Below are positions 8,479-17,663 of a DNA stretch of 64,000 nt, piece after piece (the stretch's first letter is position 1; each line of letters begins with the position of its first letter). The translations under genes were made by a program, and so were the position numbers. The notes under the pieces are model-generated. The model searched no databases. It had not been told where the DNA came from and saw nothing but the letters and a program-made list of their open reading frames with translations. The stretch covers positions 1-64,000 of the IMG/VR virus record IMGVR_UViG_3300032295_001098; one strand, written 5' to 3'. The DNA is from a virus. Taxonomy: Duplodnaviria > Caudoviricetes.

Positions 8479-10536
8479 TTATCTACGTCTAGAAACGACT
8501 GGTGCAGGCAATATAAATGATACCGTAGTTACGGCAATGATAACTCTGCGTCCACTGACAGGTATCCCTGATCCAATTGCGGTATAGGTGTCAAAGACAC
8601 CCTCGTAGATATTTAATTCTTCTTCAAAAGATTCCTTAACGGGTTCTGGGGCATCTTGCACAGCGTCAACAATGGCAAGACCATCCTCTGGGGTTACAGC
8701 CGAAGCCACAATCGCATCAAACACCTCAGCCGCTTGCTCTCCTGAAACGCTTTCCAGCACTTTGGCGCTCGTAGCCAGTTCGGTGGCTTGTCCTTCACTT
8801 ACTCCACCTTCTTGAGAAATGACCAAATCCACTACTTGAGCAACCTGATCGTTTGTAATGGTGTCATTTTCAAGGATATTTACTACTTCCTCAAACTTAC
8901 TGTCCGACAGTTCAGGAGTTAAAATGGCATCAAAAGTTTGTGTCAAAACCTCATCAGACACTTCTTCGTCAAAAATGGCATTGATTACCGTTGCAAACTC
9001 GTTGTCATCAAGTGGGCTACTAAGGATCTCTTCAACGAGGGCAACAGTTGCCTCATCGGCTAAGTCCCCGTCAAAGGCAGCCGTAAAGACCGCTTCCAGT
9101 TCTGCCAAAGAAAGGTTAGAACCCAGCAAGTTCTCAACAATTGCTCCCATCTCTTCTACGCTTGCTTCTGCGCTAAAGACGGTATCCATCACAATTGTAA
9201 GTTCTTCGCCTGAAAGATTAGAACTCAACAAAGAAACTAAGACTTCAGACACTTGCTCGGTATCAGTCGTATCAGCAAGTACGGCATCCATTACGGCAGT
9301 AAATTGTTCAGTAGAAAGGTCAGCGCTCAGAATCTCATCAAGTGCATCCGTTATCTCTTCGGTAGAAGCATCGGGGGTAAAGATGTTCTCAAGGATGTCT
9401 GTCAATGGCTCTAAATTTGGCTCTAAATTTGGCTCTAACGTTGTTGTTGTATTTTCTTCAAATGTAGTATCGGGGGGTGCTTCAGTTGTTATGGTTTCTG
9501 GTTCAGTGGTCTCTGGTTCTGGTTCAGTTGTTGTGGTTGTTTCTTCAGGAAGCGTCTCTTCTGGCATGGGTTCCTCTACTACTGTCGTTGTGGTGCCTGT
9601 CGGCACTTCTACGATCGGTTCAGGTTCAGGTTCAGGTTCAGGAGCGGGAGGAATTGTAGATGTTGTGGTTGTGGTTGTGGTGGTTGTTGTGGTTTCTGGC
9701 ACTGTCGTTGAAGTTGACGGTACTGGTGGGACTGTTGACGTGGTTGTGGGAGGATTTGAAGGGATCGTGGTACTGGAAGAAGAGGTCGTGGTAGATGTCG
9801 TCTGAGGTACGGTACTCGTTGTGGATGTCGTCGTCGTCTGAGGTTGAGTACTTGTGGTGGTCGTGGACTCTGTGGTCGTTGTCGGCGGTATTGTTGTTGT
9901 TGTTGTGGATGTTGTCGTCGTCGTTGTGGAAGTGGTGGAAGAAGAAGTAGTAGTTGTCGTAGAGGTGCTAGTAGTAGAAGTGCTAGTGCTAGTGCTAGTG
10001 CTAGTGCTAGTAGTAGAAGTGCTAGTGGAAGAAGTAGTCGTTGTTTGTGAAATACCGTTCCACAAAGACAAATTACTAATTGTAAGATGACCAGGTTGAC
10101 AACAGGTGTCTATTGAGTATTGACGGAACGTGAAGATATCGCCCTCATTAACGGGTACAGATAGCGAACCTGTCGCATTGTTCTGTTGTGTAAGCAAGGT
10201 GTACACGCCATTAACTGCGTACTGCGGTGGATCATAGACCCAACCATCATTGGTTTGATATGACCAAGTGAAATCTATTGTGTCTACATCTGCGGGAATT
10301 GTGGTCTCAATTTTGACCCAATGCGCTCCCCCACAAGGTGATCCTTGCGGCGCTAATTGATTATCAGGACCATGCAGAGTTATGGCGTCGTTTACGACTT
10401 CAATGTATCCACCACAATAAGTAGACTCACTGTATGTCCATTCACCGAGAGCGTCTGCTTTAACAGAAGTGATTGGCGAAATCCAAGCAAATAGCGCTAC
10501 AGGGAAGTAGATCCAAAAGCCTTTACGAAATCTCAT
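8479..10536 (-). CDS. secreted, membrane-anchored Thr-rich (mucin-like) surface protein
   Basis: AAGGAGG SD before ATG 10536; signal peptide, Cys-containing beta domain, long poly-Thr/Ser linker, acidic helical repeats, C-terminal hydrophobic segment followed by RRR. Confidence 0.65.
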   Translation of the reverse strand: MRFRKGFWIYFPVALFAWISPITSVKADALGEWTYSESTYCGGYIEVVNDAITLHGPDNQLAPQGSPCGGAHWVKIETTIPADVDTIDFTWSYQTNDGWVYDPPQYAVNGVYTLLTQQNNATGSLSVPVNEGDIFTFRQYSIDTCCQPGHLTISNLSLWNGISQTTTTSSTSTSTTSTSTSTSTSTSTTSTSTTTTTSSSTTSTTTTTTSTTTTTIPPTTTTESTTTTSTQPQTTTTSTTSTVPQTTSTTTSSSSTTIPSNPPTTTSTVPPVPSTSTTVPETTTTTTTTTTTSTIPPAPEPEPEPEPIVEVPTGTTTTVVEEPMPEETLPEETTTTTEPEPETTEPETITTEAPPDTTFEENTTTTLEPNLEPNLEPLTDILENIFTPDASTEEITDALDEILSADLSTEQFTAVMDAVLADTTDTEQVSEVLVSLLSSNLSGEELTIVMDTVFSAEASVEEMGAIVENLLGSNLSLAELEAVFTAAFDGDLADEATVALVEEILSSPLDDNEFATVINAIFDEEVSDEVLTQTFDAILTPELSDSKFEEVVNILENDTITNDQVAQVVDLVISQEGGVSEGQATELATSAKVLESVSGEQAAEVFDAIVASAVTPEDGLAIVDAVQDAPEPVKESFEEELNIYEGVFDTYTAIGSGIPVSGRRVIIAVTTVSFILPAPVVSRRR
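9960..10040. repeat. (GTGCTA)n/(GTA)n microsatellite encoding poly-Thr/Ser
   Basis: GTGCTA x5 at ~9980-10010; also (GGTTCA)4 at ~9617 encoding EPEPEP. Confidence 0.8.
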
Positions 10537-10652
10537 GTCCCTCCTTAGACACGAAAGACGGGCCGCCCGCAGGCAACCCGTCCTCGTTGAGTCTCGGTAA
10601 TACATTGTACTACATTTGTAACAACGTACTTATAAAATAGTTTGGAAAACAC

Positions 10653-10796
10653 CTAATATACCCCTTCACAGCAGGCGTCTCTGGATCCGCACTCAGGGCA
10701 ACGGTAATGGGCATGTTCTGGGCGCATACGAGCGCCGCACCGAACACACTGCTCGCTACAGTCGGTTACTTCAGTACTTGGAGTTTTACTTCCCAT
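10653..10796 (-). CDS. small zinc-ribbon protein (47 aa), not in ORF track
   Basis: MGSKTPSTEVTDCSEQCVRCGARMRPEHAHYRCPECGSRDACCEGVY; two CxxC. Confidence 0.55.
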   Translation of the reverse strand: MGSKTPSTEVTDCSEQCVRCGARMRPEHAHYRCPECGSRDACCEGVY

Positions 10797-10924
10797 GCAC
10801 CTGCTCCTACAGACCGAATGTTTAATAAAACAGACGACTTGTAGCCATGAGCCTTAGCAAGACGCATTGCTTGATCAATTGCGTCCTGCATAGCAGGGGT
10901 GTGTATCGGGTAAGTAACAATCAC
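10766..10924 (-). CDS. hypothetical protein (52 aa), leaderless, not in ORF track
   Basis: TAGACT-N6-GTG; MIVTYPIHTPAMQDAIDQAMRLAKAHGYKSSVLLNIRSVGAGAWEVKLQVLK. Confidence 0.5.
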   Translation of the reverse strand: MIVTYPIHTPAMQDAIDQAMRLAKAHGYKSSVLLNIRSVGAGAWEVKLQVLK

Positions 10925-10940
10925 ATGTATAGTCTACATC

Positions 10941-11705
10941 ATGGATTTATCTGACCTGACTATACCTGCACCGCTTCCTGGTCCTGCTGATTGGAATGAT
11001 GACGGCTTTGTCATTAAAAAGGGACTGTTGCCAGAAGACTTAATGCAACAGTATGAACAATGCTGGATTGAACACAACTTAGAGCGACCTGGTGGTTGGC
11101 CTGACTGTACTCCGTACCGTCGTCACCCAGAAGTATTAAATATTCTTACCCATCACATGATTAATGACACGATGGAACAATTGATTGGCGAACCTGCCGC
11201 TGTTCACTTAAACCTAACTGGTTGGGTTACTACTCGCCGTAACTGGCATCAAGACACTTATCTCAATCCATCACACGTTGGTGACTACTACGTTGCAATT
11301 TGGATTGCACTGGAAGACATCCATCCAGATTCTGGTCCATTTCAATTTGTTCGTGGATCACACAGGTGGCCTACGGTTACAAGAGAAAAGATACTTAACG
11401 CATTAGACCCATCTGAGCGTGACCATACATGGCCTAAGCACAGTGAGCGCTTGCTCACTCCGTTGTTTGAAGCCGAGATTGAAAAGCGTAATGCGGAAGT
11501 AATCACATATCTTCCAAAACGTGGAGATGTTTTGTTCTGGCATGGTCGTTTGCTACACCGTGGTTCTGAACCAAACGTTCCTGGAATGCAACGCAAATCA
11601 TTAATTGCACATTACTCAGGAGTTAATCACCGAGAAGATATGCCTACTGCTGTACCCCATGGTAGTGGTTGGTACTTTCCAATTGATGGAGGAAATGTTC
11701 AATGA
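10941..11705 (+). CDS. phytanoyl-CoA dioxygenase-family 2OG-Fe(II) oxygenase
   Basis: WHQD, IWIALEDIHPDSGPFQFVRGSH, GDVLFWHGRLLHRG motifs. Confidence 0.85.
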   Translation: MDLSDLTIPAPLPGPADWNDDGFVIKKGLLPEDLMQQYEQCWIEHNLERPGGWPDCTPYRRHPEVLNILTHHMINDTMEQLIGEPAAVHLNLTGWVTTRRNWHQDTYLNPSHVGDYYVAIWIALEDIHPDSGPFQFVRGSHRWPTVTREKILNALDPSERDHTWPKHSERLLTPLFEAEIEKRNAEVITYLPKRGDVLFWHGRLLHRGSEPNVPGMQRKSLIAHYSGVNHREDMPTAVPHGSGWYFPIDGGNVQ

Positions 11706-12283
11706 AACTTTTAAATGTTGGTTGTGGAACACACTACGCACAGGGTTGGGTAAACGCAGATACATGGGAAACAGATGACACTAAACCAGATGTCAAAGTA
11801 ACTCCTGGTGAACCATACCCTTTTGAAGACAATACGTTTGATGCCATCTATATGGGACATGTATTGGAGCACATTCCTTGGTTAGAAGTATCTACATTCC
11901 TTAAAGATATGCAACGCATTGCTAAACCTAATGCACCGATGCTTATTGTTGGACCAGACGTCCATAAAACTATTAAGCGATGGAAAGACGGACAAGAGCC
12001 GTGGTGGCTAGTTGAGTCAGTTATGGAGCATTTAGATGTTCCCGACACACATGTCCCTGGTTTGGAATGGTGGGATGGTGCACACCACCATTGGAACTGT
12101 CACGAGACAAGAGTTGAGAAGTTATTGACTTCGTTGGAGTTCAATAACATTGTTAATCAGTTTGATGTAATACCTAATGATCCAAACGGTAAATCATGGT
12201 TTGACGCAGACAATCAGATTGAATGGCCTGTGGTTGGTAAATACTTCTGGCAATTAGCCTTCAGTTGTAAAAACCCTAGTTAA
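11702..12283 (+). CDS. class I SAM-dependent methyltransferase
   Basis: LNVGCG motif I; YPFEDNTFDAIYMGHVLEHI. Confidence 0.8.
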   Translation: MKLLNVGCGTHYAQGWVNADTWETDDTKPDVKVTPGEPYPFEDNTFDAIYMGHVLEHIPWLEVSTFLKDMQRIAKPNAPMLIVGPDVHKTIKRWKDGQEPWWLVESVMEHLDVPDTHVPGLEWWDGAHHHWNCHETRVEKLLTSLEFNNIVNQFDVIPNDPNGKSWFDADNQIEWPVVGKYFWQLAFSCKNPS

Positions 12284-12884
12284 TCCAAATACCAAGTCTT
12301 TCAACTTCATTACCACTGTCACTAACAAATTTAAAACCTTCTGGCATAGGGTCTGCTTCGTCAAACCATACAGGGATCATGCAAGTGTTACCGTAAGCAA
12401 AGTCAGGATTACCTCTTAAATGAACTTCTATAAGTTTGCCATTAATAAATTCACAATTTATAGTTTTGTATTTAGTGGTTAGATGTTTTAAGAAGGTAGG
12501 TAATGGGTAAGTCTTACTGGTCTTCTCCCAGTAGATAAACCTGCTGTACGGGTGTTCTGAATGCTTGACACCAACAACAGACAGTATTGGCTTACCTAAC
12601 TCGTAATCAATGCTTAAATGCTCACCTGTAAAGATTTCACACCAAAACTCACCTGGGTGTAGATGATTCGTACTATCTGTGAGGTGTTCAACACGTGCTT
12701 TAGCACCCATGCCATTAATGTTCATAACAGGCTTAACAAAGTAGTCATCAGGTTTTGGAACTGTCACACCTGCGGGACCACAAATATGACCAGCATGTCT
12801 TGCAACGATTAATTTATCAAAGACCCATAAGTCTTCGTTAGATACAAATGCACCCCACGCAATGGCGTCTAGGGATGGTTGCAT
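12276..12884 (-). CDS. ATP-grasp-like protein
   Basis: YFVKPVMNINGMG, WCEIFTGEHLSIDY, NCEFINGKLIEVHLRGNP. Confidence 0.55.
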   Translation of the reverse strand: MQPSLDAIAWGAFVSNEDLWVFDKLIVARHAGHICGPAGVTVPKPDDYFVKPVMNINGMGAKARVEHLTDSTNHLHPGEFWCEIFTGEHLSIDYELGKPILSVVGVKHSEHPYSRFIYWEKTSKTYPLPTFLKHLTTKYKTINCEFINGKLIEVHLRGNPDFAYGNTCMIPVWFDEADPMPEGFKFVSDSGNEVERLGIWIN

Positions 12885-12885
12885 A

Positions 12886-13167
12886 CTATTCTTGGTCGTC
12901 AGGGATCCCGTTACCGTCTTTGTCTTCACCGTTACGTCCTGTGGAGATCATTAGACCTGCCAACGTACCTGTGATAAAAGTTGCTACGGAAGAAAGAACA
13001 CCGAAGAACATCTTGTCGTTTTCGGCTTGAGCACCAATTGGCTGTGTTACGAATACGAGTGCCCAGAGAACACCAATAGTTGTAATCATGAGAACGAAAC
13101 CAAGCATGCATCCGATAACAAACTTAAGGCGAGCATCTAGTTCTGCTGGTGTCATACGCTTTTTCAT
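12886..13167 (-). CDS. two-TM membrane protein
   Basis: two hydrophobic helices; DKDGNGIPD tail. Confidence 0.6.
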   Translation of the reverse strand: MKKRMTPAELDARLKFVIGCMLGFVLMITTIGVLWALVFVTQPIGAQAENDKMFFGVLSSVATFITGTLAGLMISTGRNGEDKDGNGIPDDQE

Positions 13168-13388
13168 GGGGCAACTGTCTCCTCTGTAGGAACGGTGTCA
13201 ATAAATAAAGATCCTGAAAGCGGATCAAAGCCGAGCAATACGTCGGGGCATGCTCCATCTACTTCACATGCTGGTCTTTGGCACTGTGGCGCTTCCCAGT
13301 TTTCTGGGTCTTGGCACTCATAACGGTAATTACCGTCATAGCCACAACTTGCAAGCAAAACAACAGAAATAAAAAGTAGTTTCTTCAC
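13164..13388 (-). CDS. lipoprotein
   Basis: signal peptide with LASC lipobox; four further Cys. Confidence 0.6.
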   Translation of the reverse strand: MKKLLFISVVLLASCGYDGNYRYECQDPENWEAPQCQRPACEVDGACPDVLLGFDPLSGSLFIDTVPTEETVAP

Positions 13389-13405
13389 CTACCAATTATA
13401 GATGA

Positions 13406-13615
13406 TTAGACCTTAGAGCGCCTCTTGAAGTCCGTGTGGGTACCAAGGTATGAGTAAGTCTCATACTGTGGTTCCTCTTTAGGGGATGGTGAACCGTATT
13501 CGTAAGATTCTACAGCACGCATAACAAAACGATGAAATGAACGGACAACGAATAGAACGATGGCGGCAATAAAGAAGGTAGTCATAAGGGGTTTAAGTAT
13601 AACCGATTTGGTCAT
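13406..13615 (-). CDS. small membrane protein
   Basis: GGAGG SD; N-terminal TM. Confidence 0.45.
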   Translation of the reverse strand: MTKSVILKPLMTTFFIAAIVLFVVRSFHRFVMRAVESYEYGSPSPKEEPQYETYSYLGTHTDFKRRSKV

Positions 13616-13618
13616 GAT

Positions 13619-13792
13619 TCATCCTCCATTGGAATAAAAGCCACGACCGACCAGATTGACGGCTGGAGAGAAGTAGACAGGGCGTAACTGCTCACCGCAG
13701 TCTGGACAATTGATTACTTGTTGTTCGTCATAGATACTGCGGGTTTCTTCATGACGGTGGTCATTCCCGCATTTGTAAGCATATGTTGGCAT
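13619..13792 (-). CDS. FmdB-type zinc-ribbon protein (57 aa), not in ORF track
   Basis: MPTYAYKCGNDH...CPDCGEQLRPVYFSPAVNLVGRGFYS. Confidence 0.75.
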   Translation of the reverse strand: MPTYAYKCGNDHRHEETRSIYDEQQVINCPDCGEQLRPVYFSPAVNLVGRGFYSNGG

Positions 13793-13801
13793 GACAAAAG
13801 T

Positions 13802-14170
13802 CTAGTCGTATTGAACGGGGATTTCTGAACGTGGGTTGATGTCATTGGCAACCGCAATGCGGTGGTGCCCATCTTCAATGACAGGACCTTTGTAATCGGC
13901 TCCAGGAAAGTAATCGTACATACGACCACGAACACTGAAAGGATGTTGACCTATTGTGATTGGGTCTTGTACACCTTCACTCTTAATTTCATTGTACAAA
14001 CCTTCAGTTTTTGCTTCTTGTACTTTACGAGAAGTTACTTGAGGAAGATCTTTGTACTTTTGTGGTTTATCAGTTTCTGGCTGATCTAGTGGAATCATGT
14101 CCATCAACTTATGTGCAGGGATGAACATAGCCAATTGGGCTTCGTTCAGGACGTGCTTCTTTTTACCCAT
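13802..14170 (-). CDS. stand-alone ParB/Sulfiredoxin-domain protein
   Basis: LYNEIKSEGVQDPI...IEDGHHRIAVA. Confidence 0.75.
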   Translation of the reverse strand: MGKKKHVLNEAQLAMFIPAHKLMDMIPLDQPETDKPQKYKDLPQVTSRKVQEAKTEGLYNEIKSEGVQDPITIGQHPFSVRGRMYDYFPGADYKGPVIEDGHHRIAVANDINPRSEIPVQYD

Positions 14171-14182
14171 TAGGTAATTAGT

Positions 14183-14413
14183 TTAGTATTCTGATCCTGG
14201 GTTCATGACCATATGTGCAATGTCACGATAATCACAGCAACGTGGGCAACCACAGTCACCTGCTACTGCACCAAGGAACGCCGCCTGACGCATAGGTCGG
14301 GTTGTTGGGTTTGGCTGGTCACTTGCACCGATGCGCTGTCCAGAAATGCTTGGAGCGCCCTCACTTGGAGAACTTGGATCAGGGTTGTTTCGGTTTACTT
14401 TGCGTTTTGCCAT
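14183..14413 (-). CDS. hypothetical protein with Cys cluster
   Basis: TACAAT-N6-ATG; CGCPRCC. Confidence 0.5.
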   Translation of the reverse strand: MAKRKVNRNNPDPSSPSEGAPSISGQRIGASDQPNPTTRPMRQAAFLGAVAGDCGCPRCCDYRDIAHMVMNPGSEY

Positions 14414-14558
14414 GTACCGATTGTACAACTAAACAAAATTACCCGCTCACCCCAAAAGTATCACTGATGTATACGAGTTGTCAAGACCTTTTAGCGAAAA
14501 AATACACATGTATATTTCGTACACATGTCAGATGGCAGTTAAACTAAGTGTGTAAAGG

Positions 14559-14885
14559 CTAGTAAGCCTCTGGATTAGTGCCCCAATCCACAATCTTTCC
14601 TGGTTTAAAACCTTTTTTAGAAATATGGGTGGTTACACCGTAAGGATGGCGTGTTTTTTCTTCAGGATCAACGGGTGTGACCTCATAAACAGGTGCAAAC
14701 ATCTGCCCAGTACGCTTTGCCGCTAGTCCACCAAAGTATTTAGCATCAATTTGTGACTCTGTAGCAAAGGCATGCACACCACTTGGGCTGAGTGTCTCCA
14801 TTTTTGGCTCAATAATGTCCCCTTCACCAAAAAAATGTGCTGAACCGTGGAACAACTTAGGACTTAAATGCTCATGTGCCGCCAT
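14559..14885 (-). CDS. Arr-like ADP-ribosyltransferase-fold protein
   Basis: LFHGS...GDIIEP...HAFAT...VYEVTP resembles the Arr ART pattern (FHGT..GDL..P, YFT, YxVEP). Confidence 0.6.
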   Translation of the reverse strand: MAAHEHLSPKLFHGSAHFFGEGDIIEPKMETLSPSGVHAFATESQIDAKYFGGLAAKRTGQMFAPVYEVTPVDPEEKTRHPYGVTTHISKKGFKPGKIVDWGTNPEAY

Positions 14886-15217
14886 TATTCGTAGTTCCTT
14901 ACAGGGACTTCCATATTGGGGTTGGTGTCATAGGCGGCGGCAATACGGTGATGTCCATTTAAGATGACACTGACTCCACGTTCGTCATATTCTGCGATAC
15001 TGACTGGGCTAACCACACCATGTCTAGCCACACTCTTATTTAATGATTCTCGTCCCAGGGATGCTTCGGTGTTCTCTTGGCGTTTCTGACGTAGTAAACC
15101 GTGGGATTCGGAGTAGGTTGAGGCTAAGCGGTCATCTTCGTTAACATCGGTGGGTACGAACGACATGAGTTCATGTGCGGGAATGAACATGCGAAATTGG
15201 TGGTGAGATAACGACAT
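14885..15217 (-). CDS. stand-alone ParB/Sulfiredoxin-domain protein
   Basis: LNKSVARHGVVSPV...ILNGHHRIAAA. Confidence 0.7.
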   Translation of the reverse strand: MSLSHHQFRMFIPAHELMSFVPTDVNEDDRLASTYSESHGLLRQKRQENTEASLGRESLNKSVARHGVVSPVSIAEYDERGVSVILNGHHRIAAAYDTNPNMEVPVRNYE

Positions 15218-15723
15218 TACTTCTTCTCTTTCCCTATTTCACCTACATACTTCACACGACCTGTACCAACTTCAGATTTAGGGATCATGTACGAGATGCT
15301 TCCCTCATCTTCTCCTTTATTTCTGTACGGCTGTACACGACCATGTTCTAAAGTTTCCATACCTGTACTTGGGACAGACTCCCACAAACTCTGCTGTGCG
15401 CCTTCCATCCTTTTTTTAAACTTTTGAGTTTCACCTGTATAAGAAGCGTCACCATAAGTTACTGGGGACATCTCACGAGTGTCTACATCATACACATGCA
15501 TGTATTTGCGAATACCCCCACCAATTTCTTTTGCGGATTCATAGGTGCCAGCGTGAATAATATCTGGGTGAGTATTGTTATGTGATTCCTTTGTACTCAT
15601 TGTTTTTTTAAGGTCCCTTAATTCATCAGCATACTTAGGTTCTACCTCGTGCGGCGGAGTCTCTTCACGAGACGCATGGTAGACACGCATGATGTGGTCA
15701 CCGACATGGTCTGACGCCGCCAT
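15217..15723 (-). CDS. putative ADP-ribosyltransferase-fold protein
   Basis: VYHAS, IHAGT, YRNKGEDEGSISY pattern (H/H-G/E). Confidence 0.4.
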   Translation of the reverse strand: MAASDHVGDHIMRVYHASREETPPHEVEPKYADELRDLKKTMSTKESHNNTHPDIIHAGTYESAKEIGGGIRKYMHVYDVDTREMSPVTYGDASYTGETQKFKKRMEGAQQSLWESVPSTGMETLEHGRVQPYRNKGEDEGSISYMIPKSEVGTGRVKYVGEIGKEKK

Positions 15724-16571
15724 TATTTGTCTTCCATGCCTGGCAACTGTGGCTGGCTGAACTGGTTACTCAATGGTTTAGGAGTGTTTTTACCAATACC
15801 ACGGAGTTCCTTGTAATGTTGTTTTGCCGAACGCATGGTTGAATCAGGTATTTGAGTCCATCCTGACTGCTTTTTTACTGATTTAAGGTGACTAGAAGAC
15901 ATAGTCATGTCTTCGTCCTCAAAACTGTAGTTGTTGGTGACGTCTAGGTCTTCATTTTCTCTATGGCGGGACACAGGAAGACCCAGTTTTTCTGCATGTT
16001 GGGTCATTCGGACGCTGTGTTCTGACAAATCTGCATCTGCGGTTAAAGAACCATACTTTTGATGAAAATATGACGCCATCATAGGCACGGTATGGCGCAT
16101 TGTAGAGTGAGAAAACGCTCCTGCTACGTTTGTAGAAGCAGGATCAGGGGTAAACATCTGTGATGTACCCTTGCGAATGGTTCGTATTTCTTTTGCATAC
16201 GAAATACCTGTATAACGGCGGTATTGTTTGGATTCAGGATGGTCAGGATTGTCTCTGTACTCTTTGAGTCTTTCGGCATGGCGTGATGCGTATGTGTGAT
16301 CCCACCCAAGGTTTCCTGCAAGTTCGTGGTAATCGTAACCTGTGTCGTTGTAAACCTTTTGTTCTCCGTGAGTTCTATCGCTGTAATTCCTATTAGCAAT
16401 AGTAGGGTTTTCTAGTTGATTAAAGTTTTCACGTTCTTCTGCGGGCCTGTGGCGCACAGTCATTTTTGCTACTTTATGCTCACCCTTAGCGTTAGGCTTA
16501 TCGTTGACGGCTACAACTTCTTCATAGGTGTCATTCCCATAGCCGCTTTTATCTGAATAGTACTTAGCCAT
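15723..16571 (-). CDS. hypothetical protein, His-rich, with C-terminal LSNQF tag
   Basis: 282 aa coupled ORF. Confidence 0.55.
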   Translation of the reverse strand: MAKYYSDKSGYGNDTYEEVVAVNDKPNAKGEHKVAKMTVRHRPAEERENFNQLENPTIANRNYSDRTHGEQKVYNDTGYDYHELAGNLGWDHTYASRHAERLKEYRDNPDHPESKQYRRYTGISYAKEIRTIRKGTSQMFTPDPASTNVAGAFSHSTMRHTVPMMASYFHQKYGSLTADADLSEHSVRMTQHAEKLGLPVSRHRENEDLDVTNNYSFEDEDMTMSSSHLKSVKKQSGWTQIPDSTMRSAKQHYKELRGIGKNTPKPLSNQFSQPQLPGMEDK

Positions 16572-16906
16572 TATTCGTCCTTTGTAGGGAACTGTTGGTT
16601 GGAGAGGTATTCACGCCTTCTCTTGGTGTTTCTGTATTTTACTTTTGGTAATGTGATGTCACCAGAAGCCAGCCCGTGTAAGTAATCTTCTTGGGCGGAT
16701 TGGATATAATCGCCCCATTCAGCCTGATTAGGGCGAATACGACCCATATTACGGGGACCCATTGAGATATCGCCGTATTCTTCCTGCTCTACATCGTCTG
16801 TATATCTGCCCATAGGCTTACGAGGCTCTGAATCACCTTTTAACGATGTGTAGTTAGTTACACGCTCTTTAGCCCGAGGCGGAAGTGGTTTACGAGGGTC
16901 TTGCAT
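16571..16906 (-). CDS. hypothetical protein with C-terminal LSNQQF tag
   Basis: TATAAT-N6-ATG leaderless start. Confidence 0.55.
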   Translation of the reverse strand: MQDPRKPLPPRAKERVTNYTSLKGDSEPRKPMGRYTDDVEQEEYGDISMGPRNMGRIRPNQAEWGDYIQSAQEDYLHGLASGDITLPKVKYRNTKRRREYLSNQQFPTKDE

Positions 16907-16948
16907 TTACCAATTATAGACGGTTGTCACCGAAAAAATATGCAGATA

Positions 16949-17203
16949 CTACTTCATACTCCTACGGATTTGACCCATCTTGTAGTCAGCAATACCTGAC
17001 TGGATGGTGTTCCAGTTCTTTTTAGCAAATTCAACATGTTTTGAATCTGCATCAGGCCATTCATTCCATGAGTCGCCGTTCTCTGGGGTCACAATAGACC
17101 ATGCATCGTCTCCAGGACCATTCACTGCGTCACGTGGGGCTTTAGCAATACGGAACGCTTTACCGTAGTGCTGGTCCCAATTAATGGATTCATGTGCTGC
17201 CAT
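16949..17203 (-). CDS. hypothetical protein (MAAHESINWDQ)
   Basis: coupled ORF with shared N-terminal tag. Confidence 0.55.
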   Translation of the reverse strand: MAAHESINWDQHYGKAFRIAKAPRDAVNGPGDDAWSIVTPENGDSWNEWPDADSKHVEFAKKNWNTIQSGIADYKMGQIRRSMK

Positions 17204-17361
17204 TACTTAGTCTTCCGTTCCTGTTTCTGCTTATTCTTCTCTAGCAGGTACTCAGGGTCACGCTTAGTAAAGCCAGCGGCCTTGTGGATCTCTTCACGGG
17301 CGACAGGTTCACCGTCTACCCACACATAGTCATTGAATTGCTGTCCGTCTAGGCGAGGCAT
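17203..17361 (-). CDS. hypothetical protein (52 aa, MPRLDGQQF...), not in ORF track
   Basis: TAATG overlaps with both neighbours. Confidence 0.6.
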   Translation of the reverse strand: MPRLDGQQFNDYVWVDGEPVAREEIHKAAGFTKRDPEYLLEKNKQKQERKTK

Positions 17362-17663
17362 TACTTACCCTTATCCACATCTCTGATAGGTATCTTGTCT
17401 ATACCTAGGTCACGGGCAATGACCGCCCTGTGGTGACCATCATAGAGCATGTTGTTTCTGAGGGATACGTTTAACGGTGTCTTTATACCCTCTTTTTTGA
17501 TGGAAGCGTGTAGTTCGTGGTAGTCATAGTCGTCGTCTGGGTGAAAGACGTTATCCGCATCTAAATTACCAACAGTGTAGTTGTTTTCTTCAAAATGGTC
17601 ATAGAAGTCGTTAGCAAACATTCCACGCAACTGTTCCTGGTTGATGTGCTCGTGAGCGGGCAT
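17361..17663 (-). CDS. stand-alone ParB/Sulfiredoxin-domain protein
   Basis: LHASIKKEGIKTPL...LYDGHHRAVIA. Confidence 0.75.
   Translation of the reverse strand: MPAHEHINQEQLRGMFANDFYDHFEENNYTVGNLDADNVFHPDDDYDYHELHASIKKEGIKTPLNVSLRNNMLYDGHHRAVIARDLGIDKIPIRDVDKGK

Noticed and set aside
8858-10090. Long plus-strand Val/Ser-rich ORFs
   Set aside because: Antisense shadows of the Thr-rich gene
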